From Eledone cirrhosa (Eukaryota), in assembly GCA_964016885.1 (NCBI GenBank), contig OZ024742.1:45012001-45076000 (forward strand): a DNA stretch of 64,000 nt, in the 5' to 3' direction. How positions within the stretch are numbered: position 1 is the stretch's first letter; each line of letters opens with the position of its first letter. This document shows, piece after piece, positions 1-11,696 of this stretch. The notes under the pieces are model-generated. The model was not told the origin of the DNA. It did not search any database and saw only the letters and a list, made by a program, of their open reading frames with translations. The translations under genes and the position numbers were made by a program.

Positions 1-1089
1 AAAAAATTCGGACCCAAAATATATTGTTATAAGGCTCAAATATTCAACTTTGTATTGTACATTGTATATTCAAAAAAGAAAATGGCTATAAATGGAAGAA
101 GAAGAACCCCCCCCCCCTCCTCTGTCTACACTATATAGAACAGCCAAACAACACCAATCTCACCAACACCAGAAACTAGATACACCACCTACCCCATCAC
201 CTCTCTGTGTACACTAAACACAACAGCCAGATAACGGCAATTTCACCACCACCACAACCAATCTCAACATAATAATGATAATAATAAATACTATTATTAT
301 TGTCCCAAGTTTTAAAAAAAAAAATGTTTAATCCCAACATTAAGGGAATTTATGTCAACACATATACGCGACTAATCCCATAGATTCACCGAACGGACAT
401 CAGTAACGACAACGCCGCCCATCCATCATTACTACCACTATCCCATCACCGCCGCCACCACTCCTTCATTGCTACCACCGCTACAACACCATCACTACAG
501 TAATACGATCACATCACCACCACCACTGCCTCAGTATCGACATCACCACCACCACTGTCTCAGTATCGCTACCGCCGCTATTCTCTCCCATTGCTTCCTG
601 CTAGTTGCTGCCACCACATTATAGAATTCCTACTAAAAAAGAGGAAGGCATCAAAATATATAGATAGACTCAAAAGAAAAAAGAAAAAACAAACATCAAA
701 ACCAAAGCAGCACAGCAACAACAGCAAAAAAAAGAGAAAAACAAACAGAGAAAAACAAAAACAAAAAAACAAAAAAACGTAAAGAAAATAAGAATGAAGA
801 GAGAAACAAGCGGACGGACAGAGAAGAGAAGGGAAAAACTAAGTCAGACATTCGAACACTACATTACAATGAAACTTATGCTTATTCATTTTGGGGTTTT
901 TTTCTGCCTGTGTGTTTGTTTGTTTATTTATGTTCGTCTACAGCGTGGTGATAATGCCACACAAGAGCCAAGTGGAGCGGCGCAACCACCGGAGACGGTG
1001 AATCCACAGATGGTTATGTAACCATACATTCGCCAATCCTCGATAAGAGTGTTTAAATATCGAACCTAAACAGTTCGAATAACGGTGAA

Positions 1090-4000
1090 ATGAAGACTAG
1101 AACGTCATGTGACAGACTCTCACCCAACAGGTGCTCCCTGGCTCAGCAGCAGGAACCTGGCTGTCAACCAAATACTGCTGGTGTCGGGGGAAGAAGAAGA
1201 AGGAAAGGGACCAGAACCAACTGGACGAAAGAATAGAATAGAATTGTTATGCAATGTTACCTGAAAAGTAACCCCAATGAGAGAGGCTATAGGAGACGGA
1301 TGCATAATATCAGGAACGAGATTGGTCTATTTAAATTAGATGAACAAAAATTGGCCGGGCAGGCTCGGGTAATAAGAACTAATGGGTGGATAAGCGAGCT
1401 GGAACTGGAGGAACTGAGCAGAGAGATTAGCTTGGAGATGGAGAGTGGAGTATGCCAGGCAAACGAGCCAGTCGGAAATGAAGGTGAAGAGGTCGAGAGA
1501 ACGGAGGAACCACCCGAAGCAAACAATGATCTGAATGCTGAGATAAATAGTACCTGGAACAGAGATACGGCCACTGAGGAGATGAATGCTGACGGGCTAG
1601 GACAAGATTTGGTTGATATCCTAAACTTAGTGGTAGATGAATTGAACAATGATAGTGGGAGACCTATGAACCTAAGATTTGTAGACAGGAAAAAGTTAAA
1701 AGAAACAACAGCTAAGGTAAACAAAGTCATCCCATACCTTGAGGCGAGGAGCCTTCACCAGTGCAACAATATCCTCAAAGCAACAGCAAATACGGTGAGA
1801 AAACTACTTGGTATAAAAGCGAGAGGAAACAACAGACAAGAAAGAGCAGAGCCTTGGTGGAAGAAACGACTGAGTGGTCAAATCAGGGAAATGAGAAATG
1901 ACATTGGAAAGCTTGAGTCACTACTGAATGGGACACTAAAAAACATAGGCACTAAAAATAGACTGGAAATAAAGTACAAAACTAGGAGGAAAAAGCTAAA
2001 TATTATCATAGAGGAACTGAAGCAACGCATTGTAGCAAAGAGTGCAAAAATCAGGCGATACGAGAATAGAGTCAGTCAGTATAAACAGAACCGCATGTTC
2101 GACAACAACCAGAAGATGCTGTTTGGACAGCTTGAGGGGAAAGAAAGAGGCAACGACTTGATCCCTGAGGCGGAACAAACTAAAACATTCTGGAGAGGAA
2201 TATGGGAGCAGGATGTTAGACATAATGACCAGGCAGGGTGGATTGAGGCAGTACAGAGGGAGATCGGTGAGCAGGCACACCAACAAACTGATTTGAGTAT
2301 CACAGTTGAAACTGTTAAGGGGCAGGCCAAAAAACTAACCAACTGGAAATCACCAGGCCCAGATGGTGTGCAGGGGTATTGGATTAAAAATTTAACATCC
2401 CTCCACCCGAAACTGATAACCATGTTCAATGACTGCTTGATGTCAGGTGAGGTACCAGAGTGATTGACAAAAGGTACCACAGTTCTGATAATGAAAGACC
2501 GAATCAAGGGTAATGATGTTACCAACTATAGACCTATCACATGTCTGTCCGTAATGTGGAAACTGTTGACGAGCATTGTGTCTGAGGAAATCTACCATCA
2601 CCTCCACACAAACAACTTGTTGCCGGACGAACAGAAAGGATGCCGACAGAAGTCACGTGGTACAAAGGACCAGTTACTTATTGATAAGATGGTAATGGGG
2701 AATTGCAGGAGGAGACACACTGATCTTGCCATGGGATGGATAGACTACAGAAAGGCATTTGACATGGTGCCTCATTCTTGGATCACCAAAAGCCTGGAGA
2801 TCTTCAAGGTGGCAGATAACATCAGACAGTTGCTGGGCAGGAGTATGAGGTCCTGGGAAACAGAGTTGACATCAACTGGAGAATCCTTGGGAAGCGTGAA
2901 GATCAAGAGAGGTATCTTCCAGGGAGATAGCCTGTCCCCTCTGTTGTTTGTCCTTGCCCTGATGCCCCTGACCATTATGCTGCGAAAAGTGAGAGCAGGA
3001 TACAAGTTGGGAAAGGGAGAGCTTACCATCAATCACCTCCTCTTCATGGACGATTTTAAGCTCTTCGGGAAGAGTGAGAAGGAGTTGGATGTGCTTGTTG
3101 ACACTGTCCGTATTTTCAGCAGTGATATATGTATGCAGTTTGGTATTAGTAAGTGTGGAGTCATTGTGATGAGGAGCGGTAGGTTGAGCAGAAGTAACGG
3201 AATCCAGATACCAACAGGTGAGATGATAAAGGAAATTGACTCTGAGGAAGGATACAAGTATTTGGGCGTTCTGGAGGCTGATGGCATAAAGAACAAAAAA
3301 ATGAAGGAATTGTTAAGAACTGAATACATTCGGAGAGTAAGGAGCGTATTGAAGTCACATCTGAACAGCAGAAATGCCATAAGCGCAGTAAATTCCCGAG
3401 CTGTGTCTATTATTAGGTACAGTGCGGGAATTCTGAGATGGAATGTTGCTGAACAAAAAGAAATGGATAGGAAGCTATTGACTATCTACAACATGTTCCA
3501 CAAGAGGAGTGATGTCGATAGACTCTACCTAAGGAGATCTGATGGTGTAAGAGGTCTTATCAGCATAGAGGACTGTGTTCAGATGGAGAAAAACAACCTA
3601 CACAAATACATGACTGATAGTAAGGAGCCAATGCTCAGAACTGTACTGAAGGAGGGGACAATAGGCCAGGGGATGTCCAAGGAGGAAATAACATCAAGGA
3701 GAAAGAGCAGCCTTCAGGGAAAATCCCTTCATAGTACCTTCTTTGAGAAAACTGAATTTAGAGATCCACAGACATGGAACTGGTTGAGAAGAGGAGACCT
3801 CAAAAAGGCTACAGAAGGAATGTTAATGGCTGCGCAGGAGCAGGCCCTCAAAACGAAGTGGTTGAAACACCATATTTACAAGGAGGAGGCTAGCCCACTG
3901 TGCAGGATCTGTGGAGAGAGAGAGGAGACTGTGGCTCACATTGTATCCGAGTGTAAACACCTAGCCCAGACCCACTATAAGGGCTGGAGACATGATGTGA

Positions 4001-4275
4001 TGGGCAGGGTGATCCACTGGCACCTGTGCAAAGTAAACAATTTACCACATTCTGAGAAATGGTATGAGCATAAGCCAGAGGCGGTGATGGAGAACGATCA
4101 GGTGAAGGTGCTGTGAGATTTTAGGATACAGACGGACAAGAAACTGGAACACAATAGACCTGACCTGGTGGTTGTGGACAAAGAAAAAAGATTGTGCCTG
4201 ATTGTGGATGTGGCCTGCCCATTCGACACGAGAGTGCAAGAGAAGGAGAGGGAGAAAATTAACCGATACCAGGAC
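1090..4275 (+). mobile_element. R4/Dong-clade non-LTR retrotransposon ORF (RT + CCHC knuckle + restriction-like endonuclease); 3 in-frame stops, 3'-truncated
   Basis: One frame from ATG 1090 with stops at 1234 (TAG), 2461 (TGA) and 4114 (TGA) and no frameshift. Motifs: [34 protein letters not shown] (RT); [18 protein letters not shown]; HNRPDLVVVDK..IVDVACPFD..EKINRYQD (PD-(D/E)xK). Ends abruptly in (CA)n/(TA)n. Confidence 0.9.
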
Positions 4276-4431
4276 ACACACACACATATATATATATATT
4301 AGTAGTAGTAGTAGTAGTACACTCTGATTAGTACAACACCAATACACCTACTGAAAACTACGCCTCGAGTGCTCACTCTAATGAACCTACTGTAACTGGA
4401 CGTTACAATCCATATATATATGTGTGTGTGT

Positions 4432-4690
4432 GTTGAGGTAAAGGTGTTGGATTTACGATTATAATGCCGTGGGTTCGATTCCTGAACTAGATTGCGTGTT
4501 GTACTCTTCAGCAAAACACTTCATTTTGCGTTGCTCCAGTATACTCAGCTGAAAATGAGTACCAGCAATGGCTGTGGGTTAACCATGCGATAAACTGGCG
4601 TCTTATCCAGAAGGGAGTCTTGTACTCTCAGTTGTTTAATGCCACAAACTTAAGGGGACTCTTGATAAGCCAATAGCCTCACAGCACTGG
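4432..4690 (+). mobile_element. Degenerate tRNA-derived SINE
   Basis: B-box-like ggttcgattcc, then gcaaaacacttcatttt..gctccagt..actcagctg shared with the SINEs at 7664 and 26868. Confidence 0.5.
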
Positions 4691-5320
4691 TGCATGATTG
4701 CTGACCAGTCGGAGAAACTGCATTCGGGACTTTGAAGAAAAAAATAGGTAAATTTTTGTCTATTCTTTCCTCGCATTTATAATTTGATAAATAACTCTGA
4801 CTATTTTAATTATTTTGATTATTTTAATTCTATCAGTTATTGTACAAAACTGATCAAGGCGGGACACGACTCACACATATACTTATGTACGTGTGAGTGC
4901 ATCTTATTACTATTTATATATATATGCATATATATGTTGGAAAATAAACTTCATTTCATCATTCCACGAGAGTATCTCAGTCACCCTATGAAGTTTCCAG
5001 TCGACCCTCGTATATACCAAATTAAGTTTAGTAAAATCAAAGGCTATATTTATCCCGTATGAGAGATAACTCTTGCAGTATGCAGCTGAAAAATTGTTTG
5101 TAAGTAATTCTTAAAATTTAATCGTCATTGTGCGTGAACAAAATTGTGTTAGTGTTACCCTATTTATAAAACAAGGGAGGTAACTTCTGGAAAATTCAAC
5201 AGAAAATATTCAGGCGTGACTGCACATAAGATTTAAACTTAACCCTTGCTTGTATATAATTGCATATGCGTCGAATTAAATTTAGTGAATACAAGCAATA
5301 CATTTGTTATATAAGGTACT

Positions 5321-5863
5321 GTGGACTCTTTCGGCCTCCACCTGCTTTCCTGTCCCCACAGTGCCGGCCGCCTTCCACGCCATGCTACCCTCAACGAGGT
5401 CATAAAGCATAGCTTGGACGCTGCAGGCTTCCCTTCCCAGCTCGAACCGGTGGGGCTGGACCGAGAGGACGGCAAAAGGCCAGATGGCATGATCATCTTC
5501 CCGTTCCGCAGTGGCAAACCCCTCGTCCGGGATGCCACTTGCACCGACACTTTCTGCAGCCGCAACCTGGTGCAATCTGCGACTAACCCAGGTTCTGCTG
5601 CACTTCAGGCTGAGGAGGCCAAACTCTTTAAATACCGGTCGCTCTCTGACAGGTTTGCAGTTGTATCCTTGGCAATGACGACTTCATGTGTCCTCAGCCC
5701 TAGGGCTACCTCCCTACTCACCACCATAGGCACTGAGCTGGCCGGCCGCAGGAGTGAGCCCCGCGAGTTGGAATGGCTTTTCCAGTGCGTCTCCCTTGCC
5801 GTCCTCCGAAGAAACGCCTTCTCTATTCTGACTGCCGGGGCTGTGGGGAGGCCACCAATATGA
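5321..5863 (+). mobile_element. CRE-clade non-LTR retrotransposon 3' fragment (RLE domain)
   Basis: GLHLLSC..GRLPRHATLNE..LEPVGL..DGKRPDG..DATCTDT..AEEAKLFKY..WLFQCVSLAVLRRNA is typical of the CRE C-terminus. Second copy at 42897. Confidence 0.75.
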
Positions 5864-5944
5864 TTGACTGATTTGTCATTTTATCAGTCACTTACTTATT
5901 AGTTCTCTCTCTTCTTTCTTTTCAACTAAGGTAATATTAATATT

Positions 5945-6122
5945 TGTTTCTACTTTAGGCACAAGGCCAGCAATAACCCAGTTCATTACTGGTACTTTAT
6001 TTTATCGACCCCGTAAGGATGAAAGGCAAAGTCAACCTCGGCGGGATTTGAACTCAGATCGTAAAGGGACGTAAGTATGCTGGAAAGCATGGCGTCCGAC
6101 CCTCTACCGATACTGCCAATCC
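5945..6122 (-). mobile_element. tRNA-derived SINE with Meta-type central domain
   Basis: Minus strand: A box ggcagtatcggtagag, B box gttcaaatccc, core gcctttcatccttacggggtcgataaaataaagtaccag. Many copies in the window. Confidence 0.8.
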
Positions 6123-6448
6123 TAATATTATATACAGATTAAGGTTTAAGGAAAGAATAAAAAAATAAAAAAGGGTAGATAACTCTTGCAGAATTCCGCT
6201 AGTTAATTGTAGGATTAATTCCCTTTAACACTTAATTGACATGCTGATTATGTTCAGTCGTTCTTATGATAAATACAAACACATACATTCATTTATAATA
6301 TAACGATTAAGTTTAGAGAATACAAGTATATCTTTATAATTCAAGGGAGATAACACGCGTATCATACATGACAGAACTTTTAAGATTAGTATTCATTACA
6401 ACCTAATTACCCATGTTTACAAAATTTTGATTTCCTATCCCTCATATA

Positions 6449-6550
6449 CAGAGTGTCCCCAAAAAATGTATACATACTTTGATTACCTGTACAGGCAATA
6501 TTTATTAGAATGCTGTTTAAGTGTGTGTTTGATATGTTGGGGACACCTTA
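6449..6550. mobile_element. Tc1/mariner-type MITE
   Basis: Imperfect TIRs cagagtgtcccca / tggggacacctta in TA context. Confidence 0.5.
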
Positions 6551-6565
6551 TATATGTATTATATA

Positions 6566-6761
6566 TTGGGGTGCTGAAAAGTTCTTGGTTTGAGAAAAAT
6601 AAATTACAGGAGGATCAGTAGATTACGATTTTAATTCAACATATTCCCCTATCACATTCAAACACTTATTGAAACTGTCATACCTCCCCTGTAAAGGTAA
6701 TAGTTCTACCCTTTCGCGATACCCTTAAACCCTTAAGCCAGGAAATTTTCAGAACCCTGGC
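6566..6761. mobile_element. mariner-type MITE
   Basis: TIRs ggggtgctgaaaagttcttggttt / aagccaggaaattttcagaaccc with TA flanks. Confidence 0.6.
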
Positions 6762-6924
6762 ATATATATATATTTTTTTTTTTAGTATATGTTGGTTGTT
6801 TACCGACACTCAGAATGCAGATTGGAGCACTCAACGAAGTACGCAGGTTGGTTTGTTTACTCCGGAGTAATGTAAAATAAGTAAGTCAAACATGTTAAAT
6901 TTGGCTTCGTTTATTATAAATTCT

Positions 6925-6977
6925 CTGGTATATATATTTCAGTGACAGCTATTATTGGCTGTGACCTCATCAGGCAA
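6925..6977 (-). ncRNA. Hammerhead ribozyme motif (type I, PLE-like minimal form; stem I imperfect)
   Basis: Minus strand: ttgc CTGATGA ggtcacagc-caataata-gctgtcact GAA ATATATAT A ccag. Stem II 8/9 bp, palindromic stem III, first stem I pair mismatched. Confidence 0.6.
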
Positions 6978-7103
6978 TACGAATTAAGGTAGAAAAAACA
7001 GGTAAACATGTTGTTGAAATGTGTTCCACTCTGTCAATTCATCGATATGTCCAGTTCCTGGGTGTGTTGTTAGTCCCCCAAGGAACTGGAATCATATCCA
7101 TAT

Positions 7104-7164
<61 letters not shown>

Positions 7165-7209
7165 CCAAAATACAGGTGAAGAGGTAGGCTGTGTGATTAT
7201 TGAAAACGA

Positions 7210-7399
7210 AGTGTTAGAAGGTAAATGGGACATAAACAAGAGAAAAAAGTATCCCTTCATCAGCTGTGTACTACAGATCATAGATGTTTCGGCACTTAAA
7301 ACATCAATTTTAAGTGCCGAAACATCTATGATCTGTAGTACACAGCTGATGAAGGGATACTTTTTTCTCTTGTTTACGTCCCATTTACCTTCTAACACT
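7210..7399. repeat. 190-bp near-perfect palindrome (92-bp arms, 6-nt loop catcaa)
   Basis: Arms are reverse complements with 1 mismatch; lies about 50 bp from a (TA)n tract. Confidence 0.95.
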
Positions 7400-7663
7400 C
7401 TCTGTTTCTCCCCTTCTCACTTCCTCCTGTTCGTTAGTAGTGGGATACTTTCTTTCTCACATCTCATTCACGTCGAACGGTATGCTTTCTGACCGCTCAT
7501 GAAATTCACCCAGCTTATGCTGATCGGATAACCATCATGTTGCTTGCTTGTTTCCTACCTTCGGTTTGCTTTTCTTTCTATGTTGTTTACTTGTCTCACT
7601 CACTTTACGCGATTCACTTGTCCCAATAGCTTATTTTAGTTATTGCTCGCACCAACCTGAGGT

Positions 7664-8010
7664 ATCATCATCATCATCATCATTTCATTTTACGTCCGCT
7701 TTTGCCTGCTTGCAAGGGTGGGACGGGAACTGATTCTGGCTTGATTTCTACAGCTGGATGCCCTTCCTAACACCAACCTCATTTACAGTGAGTGCTGGGT
7801 GCTTTTTTGCCGCAGCACCTCCACGGCCACTTTGCAGTGGAATGATAGAGACCCCAGTCCCTATCATCTCATTTCTACAGCTGAGTAAACTGGAGCAATG
7901 TTAAATAAAGTCTCTTGCTCAAGGAAACAACACATCACCCGGTCTGAGAATTGAACTCACAACCTTTCAATTGCAAGGCCAATGCTCTAACCACTAAGCC
8001 ATGTGCCTCC
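7664..8010 (-). mobile_element. tRNA-derived SINE with RTE-type 3' tail
   Basis: Reverse complement of the 26868-27203 element: head ggaggcacatggcttagtggttagagc, B box gagttcaattc, tail ggacgtaaaatg..(tga)n. Confidence 0.85.
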
Positions 8011-8177
8011 ATAATATATGATTTTTAATGCGATGAAATACCAATGATGGTTGGCAAATCACTGATGAGGGACTAATTTTATAATATGTAACCCATGTGC
8101 AACCATGCAGTTTTCCTCTTTCTACCCATGTTTTTTATATAAAAAATAATATGGATATGATTCCAGTTCCTGGACAC

Positions 8178-8230
<53 letters not shown>

Positions 8231-10496
8231 ATTATTATTATTATTATTATTGTTATTGTTATTATTATTGTTATTATTGTTATTATTTAGTAAAAACCAA
8301 AGATTATAATTCAAATTATTTTATTAATTTCTTAGTCCATTTCAATTTAATGAATTGTAATTGCCAACATTAATAATAATTTACAGATTAAATCAACAAA
8401 CACTGCAATCACATATCACAAAATCTCTTCATGAAACAAATATTAGATTAGGGGAATGCACGTTCCAAAATATCAGGTAAAGCAGGCAATGATCAGCAAA
8501 TAACAGACATAAAGAGAGAAGAAGTCTTTTTTAAAAGCCAAATATGAGAGATAGATCATAAGCAAGACATTGAAAAGTATTAATGTTTAGCATTATGCAA
8601 TGTGATTTAAGCAATAAAAAAGTTTTTAAGTCCTCATGCTGTAGTTACAGTTCATATATGCAAACACAAGTATGGTATACTTACAAAATGTTAATATTTC
8701 CTAATGTGTTGATTTGCACATATAACATAATTTTTTCAAATACTGCTTTACAACAGTATTAGACTAGACACAGTTTATGGCAGGGCAGCGTTATTACTGG
8801 TCGTATATAAAAAGACGTCCGAATCTTTAATATTCTATGTTCAGTTACAATCTGGGTCAATGCATGTTTGCAAAGAATAAGTTAGATAATAACCTTCAAT
8901 ATAAATGTATACTGGGTCACATGAGGGTTACTAAAATTTATCCCTGTATTTAAATGTAAAAAGACTGTGTATATCTACATATAGTTAAAGAAAACTTGAG
9001 TGGACTTAATTCTAATACTAATGCCATACAACCCTATTATTAATTGTAATAGATGTATGTTGCTTGTGAAAATTATGGGTAGGTGTGAGTGACAATGTAT
9101 AGTTTCTAAAATGATTTTTAATTCATATTAATTGTTTATTAAATAGAGTTACATTTATAATAGTAAAACGAATAGGAATTCTAGTGTTAGCTCATTGAAA
9201 CTATTTTCGATTTCCTATTCAATAAATTTAGATTAGATTGTTTATTAAGAGGTACTCAGATAGGCACAAATTACATTTTAGGCTACCTGGCTCATGGGAT
9301 TCTGCAGTTTCAAACAAGACCAGGAGAGGGAGTAAAAGTTGTTTGATTATTTAAAAATCCAATATGTAACTGATCTCATATATATATATATATCTACATC
9401 ATTGTCGTTTTAATATTTGCTTTCCCTGCTAGCAAGGGTTGGGCAGGTTCATACAGACCAAGTTAGTACTAAAGTAGAGCCAGTGATCTCCCATACAGGC
9501 CTGGGATCCATGTCTTGCTAATGTGCAGTCTCACATTTCATCGAGTGATCAGGCAAGGATGTGTTAAAGGCCTTCCTCTCACCAACCACTTTACACTGTA
9601 TACTGAGTTCATTTATCATGTAAATCACCACTACTAGGGAGGTTGTTATGTCCATGACATGACTGAGAAGTCTTGCAAACCCTTTGTTTCTTTGTTTAGT
9701 AAGCTCTCCATAGCTGAAAGCCCTTCCTATCATAAACCACTTCATGGGGTGGGCAGCAGCTAGGAATGTGTGGGGAGGTTGAAGTAGTGAAGTTGAGAAA
9801 ATCTGTTAGGGAGTGCTAGTGGGTGGAAAAGAGTAAATCAGGCCACACTGTATGCTGCAGGTCAAGTCTTCTTCAGCACTACATAGCATCAGCCCTCACA
9901 GTCTTTAGTCATTTCTGTTGTAAGGTTTAGCTTTTAAAGATCAGTCTTTACAACCTTATCCCATGTATTCCTGGGTCTACCGCTTCCGTGGGTCCCAGCA
10001 ACTACATTTCTTTATGCAGCTGCTATCTTCCATCCACATCACATGTCCATACCTATGCAGTCTTGCACACTACAACCAATTCCTCTTATGCCAAGTGTTT
10101 TCCTCAGTTTTCTTATGCTATATCACTTATGCATATAAATTAAATAAAAATGGTGTAGACATTACAATACAACAGGAGGAAACATAATAATACCACTGAT
10201 GATGTCACAGATGTGTGACAAAAGAACTTTGATAGACTATATATATATATATTTATATCTGTATTTTTAACCGTTGATCAATCAATGATAAACATTGATT
10301 GCCAGATAAATTAACTATGGAGATATAAAAGATACAGAAGCAAAAACCAATCCAAATCAAACAGTGAGTGTGTTTTATTATTATTTCTGGCAATATTATA
10401 ACAATACGACCCTCCCCAAATATAACAACATATAGACACCGCTTAACCCAATATACATCCTACCCCGCACACCCTACCCCATCCTCCCATTTCCGT

Positions 10497-10743
10497 CCAC
10501 TGTGTCGATGACACAACAAAAAGCACCCAGTCGACACTGTAAGATGGTTGTGTAGGAGACATGGTAAAAAGGCTCCCAGTCCACACTGTAAAGATGGTTG
10601 GTTTTAGGAAGGGCATCCAGCCATAGAAAACCTGCCAGAGACACTTCCGTACGAGTGAGACACTGTCTCCCAACCATTCCCACATCAAATGGAACAAAAC
10701 CATCTAACCCATGCTAGCGTGGAAGATGGACGTTAAACGATGA

Positions 10744-10747
<4 letters not shown>
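10497..10747 (+). mobile_element. SINE 3' fragment with about 2 copies of the 48-bp subunit and RTE-type tail
   Basis: acaaaaagcacccag..cactgtaa units, then ttaggaagggcatccagcc..ggacgttaaacgatgatgat. Confidence 0.65.
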
Positions 10748-10805
<58 letters not shown>

Positions 10806-10886
10806 AACAAAATTTGTTTTTGCTCTAACATGGTGGATACCTAAACGTATTCGTGACTGAATAATAATAATAATATAACAACATTA

Positions 10887-11068
10887 GGTGGATTGGCAGT
10901 ATCGGTAGATAGTCGGACGCCATGTTTTCCAGCATAGTTGCGTCCCTTTACGGTCTGAGTTCAAATCCCGCCGAGGTTTACTTTGCCTTTCACCCTTACG
11001 GGGTCGATAAAATAATGTACCAGTAATACACTGGGATAATTGCTGGCCTTGTGCCAAAAGTAGAAACA
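10887..11068 (+). mobile_element. Meta-type tRNA SINE
   Basis: Full head, core and tail matching the 5945 and 35910 copies. Confidence 0.85.
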
Positions 11069-11696
11069 GTTATTAATATTCAGTCTGTTTGCAAGCAAAC
11101 AGCCTCATAACATGATGTGTGTTTTCTAGATGATGACGTCATCCTTTTGTTTCAGCGGTAGCTGAGAGAAAACAGTCCGCAATTGCTTCAAAGTTATTGC
11201 CCCTTATCGAGACTGTGTATCCTCTCATCACTGCTACCACTGGAGCTGCTGAGAATACATAGTATTTTCAAAGATATACATATGCAAATTAGGCTAATCA
11301 GCCGATGTATACATTTGAGAAGTGTATAGTAGCCGTGTGTAGTGTGGAAAAGTAGGAATTGTGGATGAGTGGTAGCCACAGGAAGTGTGTGGGTGTGTTA
11401 TGGTCAGCAGTCAAACAGAGTGTAGAGGATGGAGGTTGAAAGAGTGTGTGGTGGGTGAGGGAGTTGATAGCTAGTGGGAGCAGCCACTGCAAATGGTATG
11501 GCAGTGGTGGTATTGGTGGTGATGGTGGTGTTGATGAAGGTGATGGCATGCATGGTGATTAAGGTGATGGAGTAGATGGTGGATGTGTTTGTGTCAGAAT
11601 GCACTGCCCAACATAAGTTAGTCGTTAATGACATCAGAATAAGCACAAGATAGAACAAGAAACATAAGAAAATCTGGAGGGGGAGAATAAGAAAGC

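Noticed and set aside
578-1021. K/F-rich and YI-repeat short ORFs throughout the window
   Set aside because: Low-complexity or microsatellite translations.
7019-7492. Mirror-image ORFs on both strands (also 50598-50917)
   Set aside because: Produced by the DNA palindromes and (TA)n; no protein motifs.
11195-11235. Hammerhead on minus strand (gTGATGA gag..ctc GATAA)
   Set aside because: Both core boxes deviate and there are no stems I or III.
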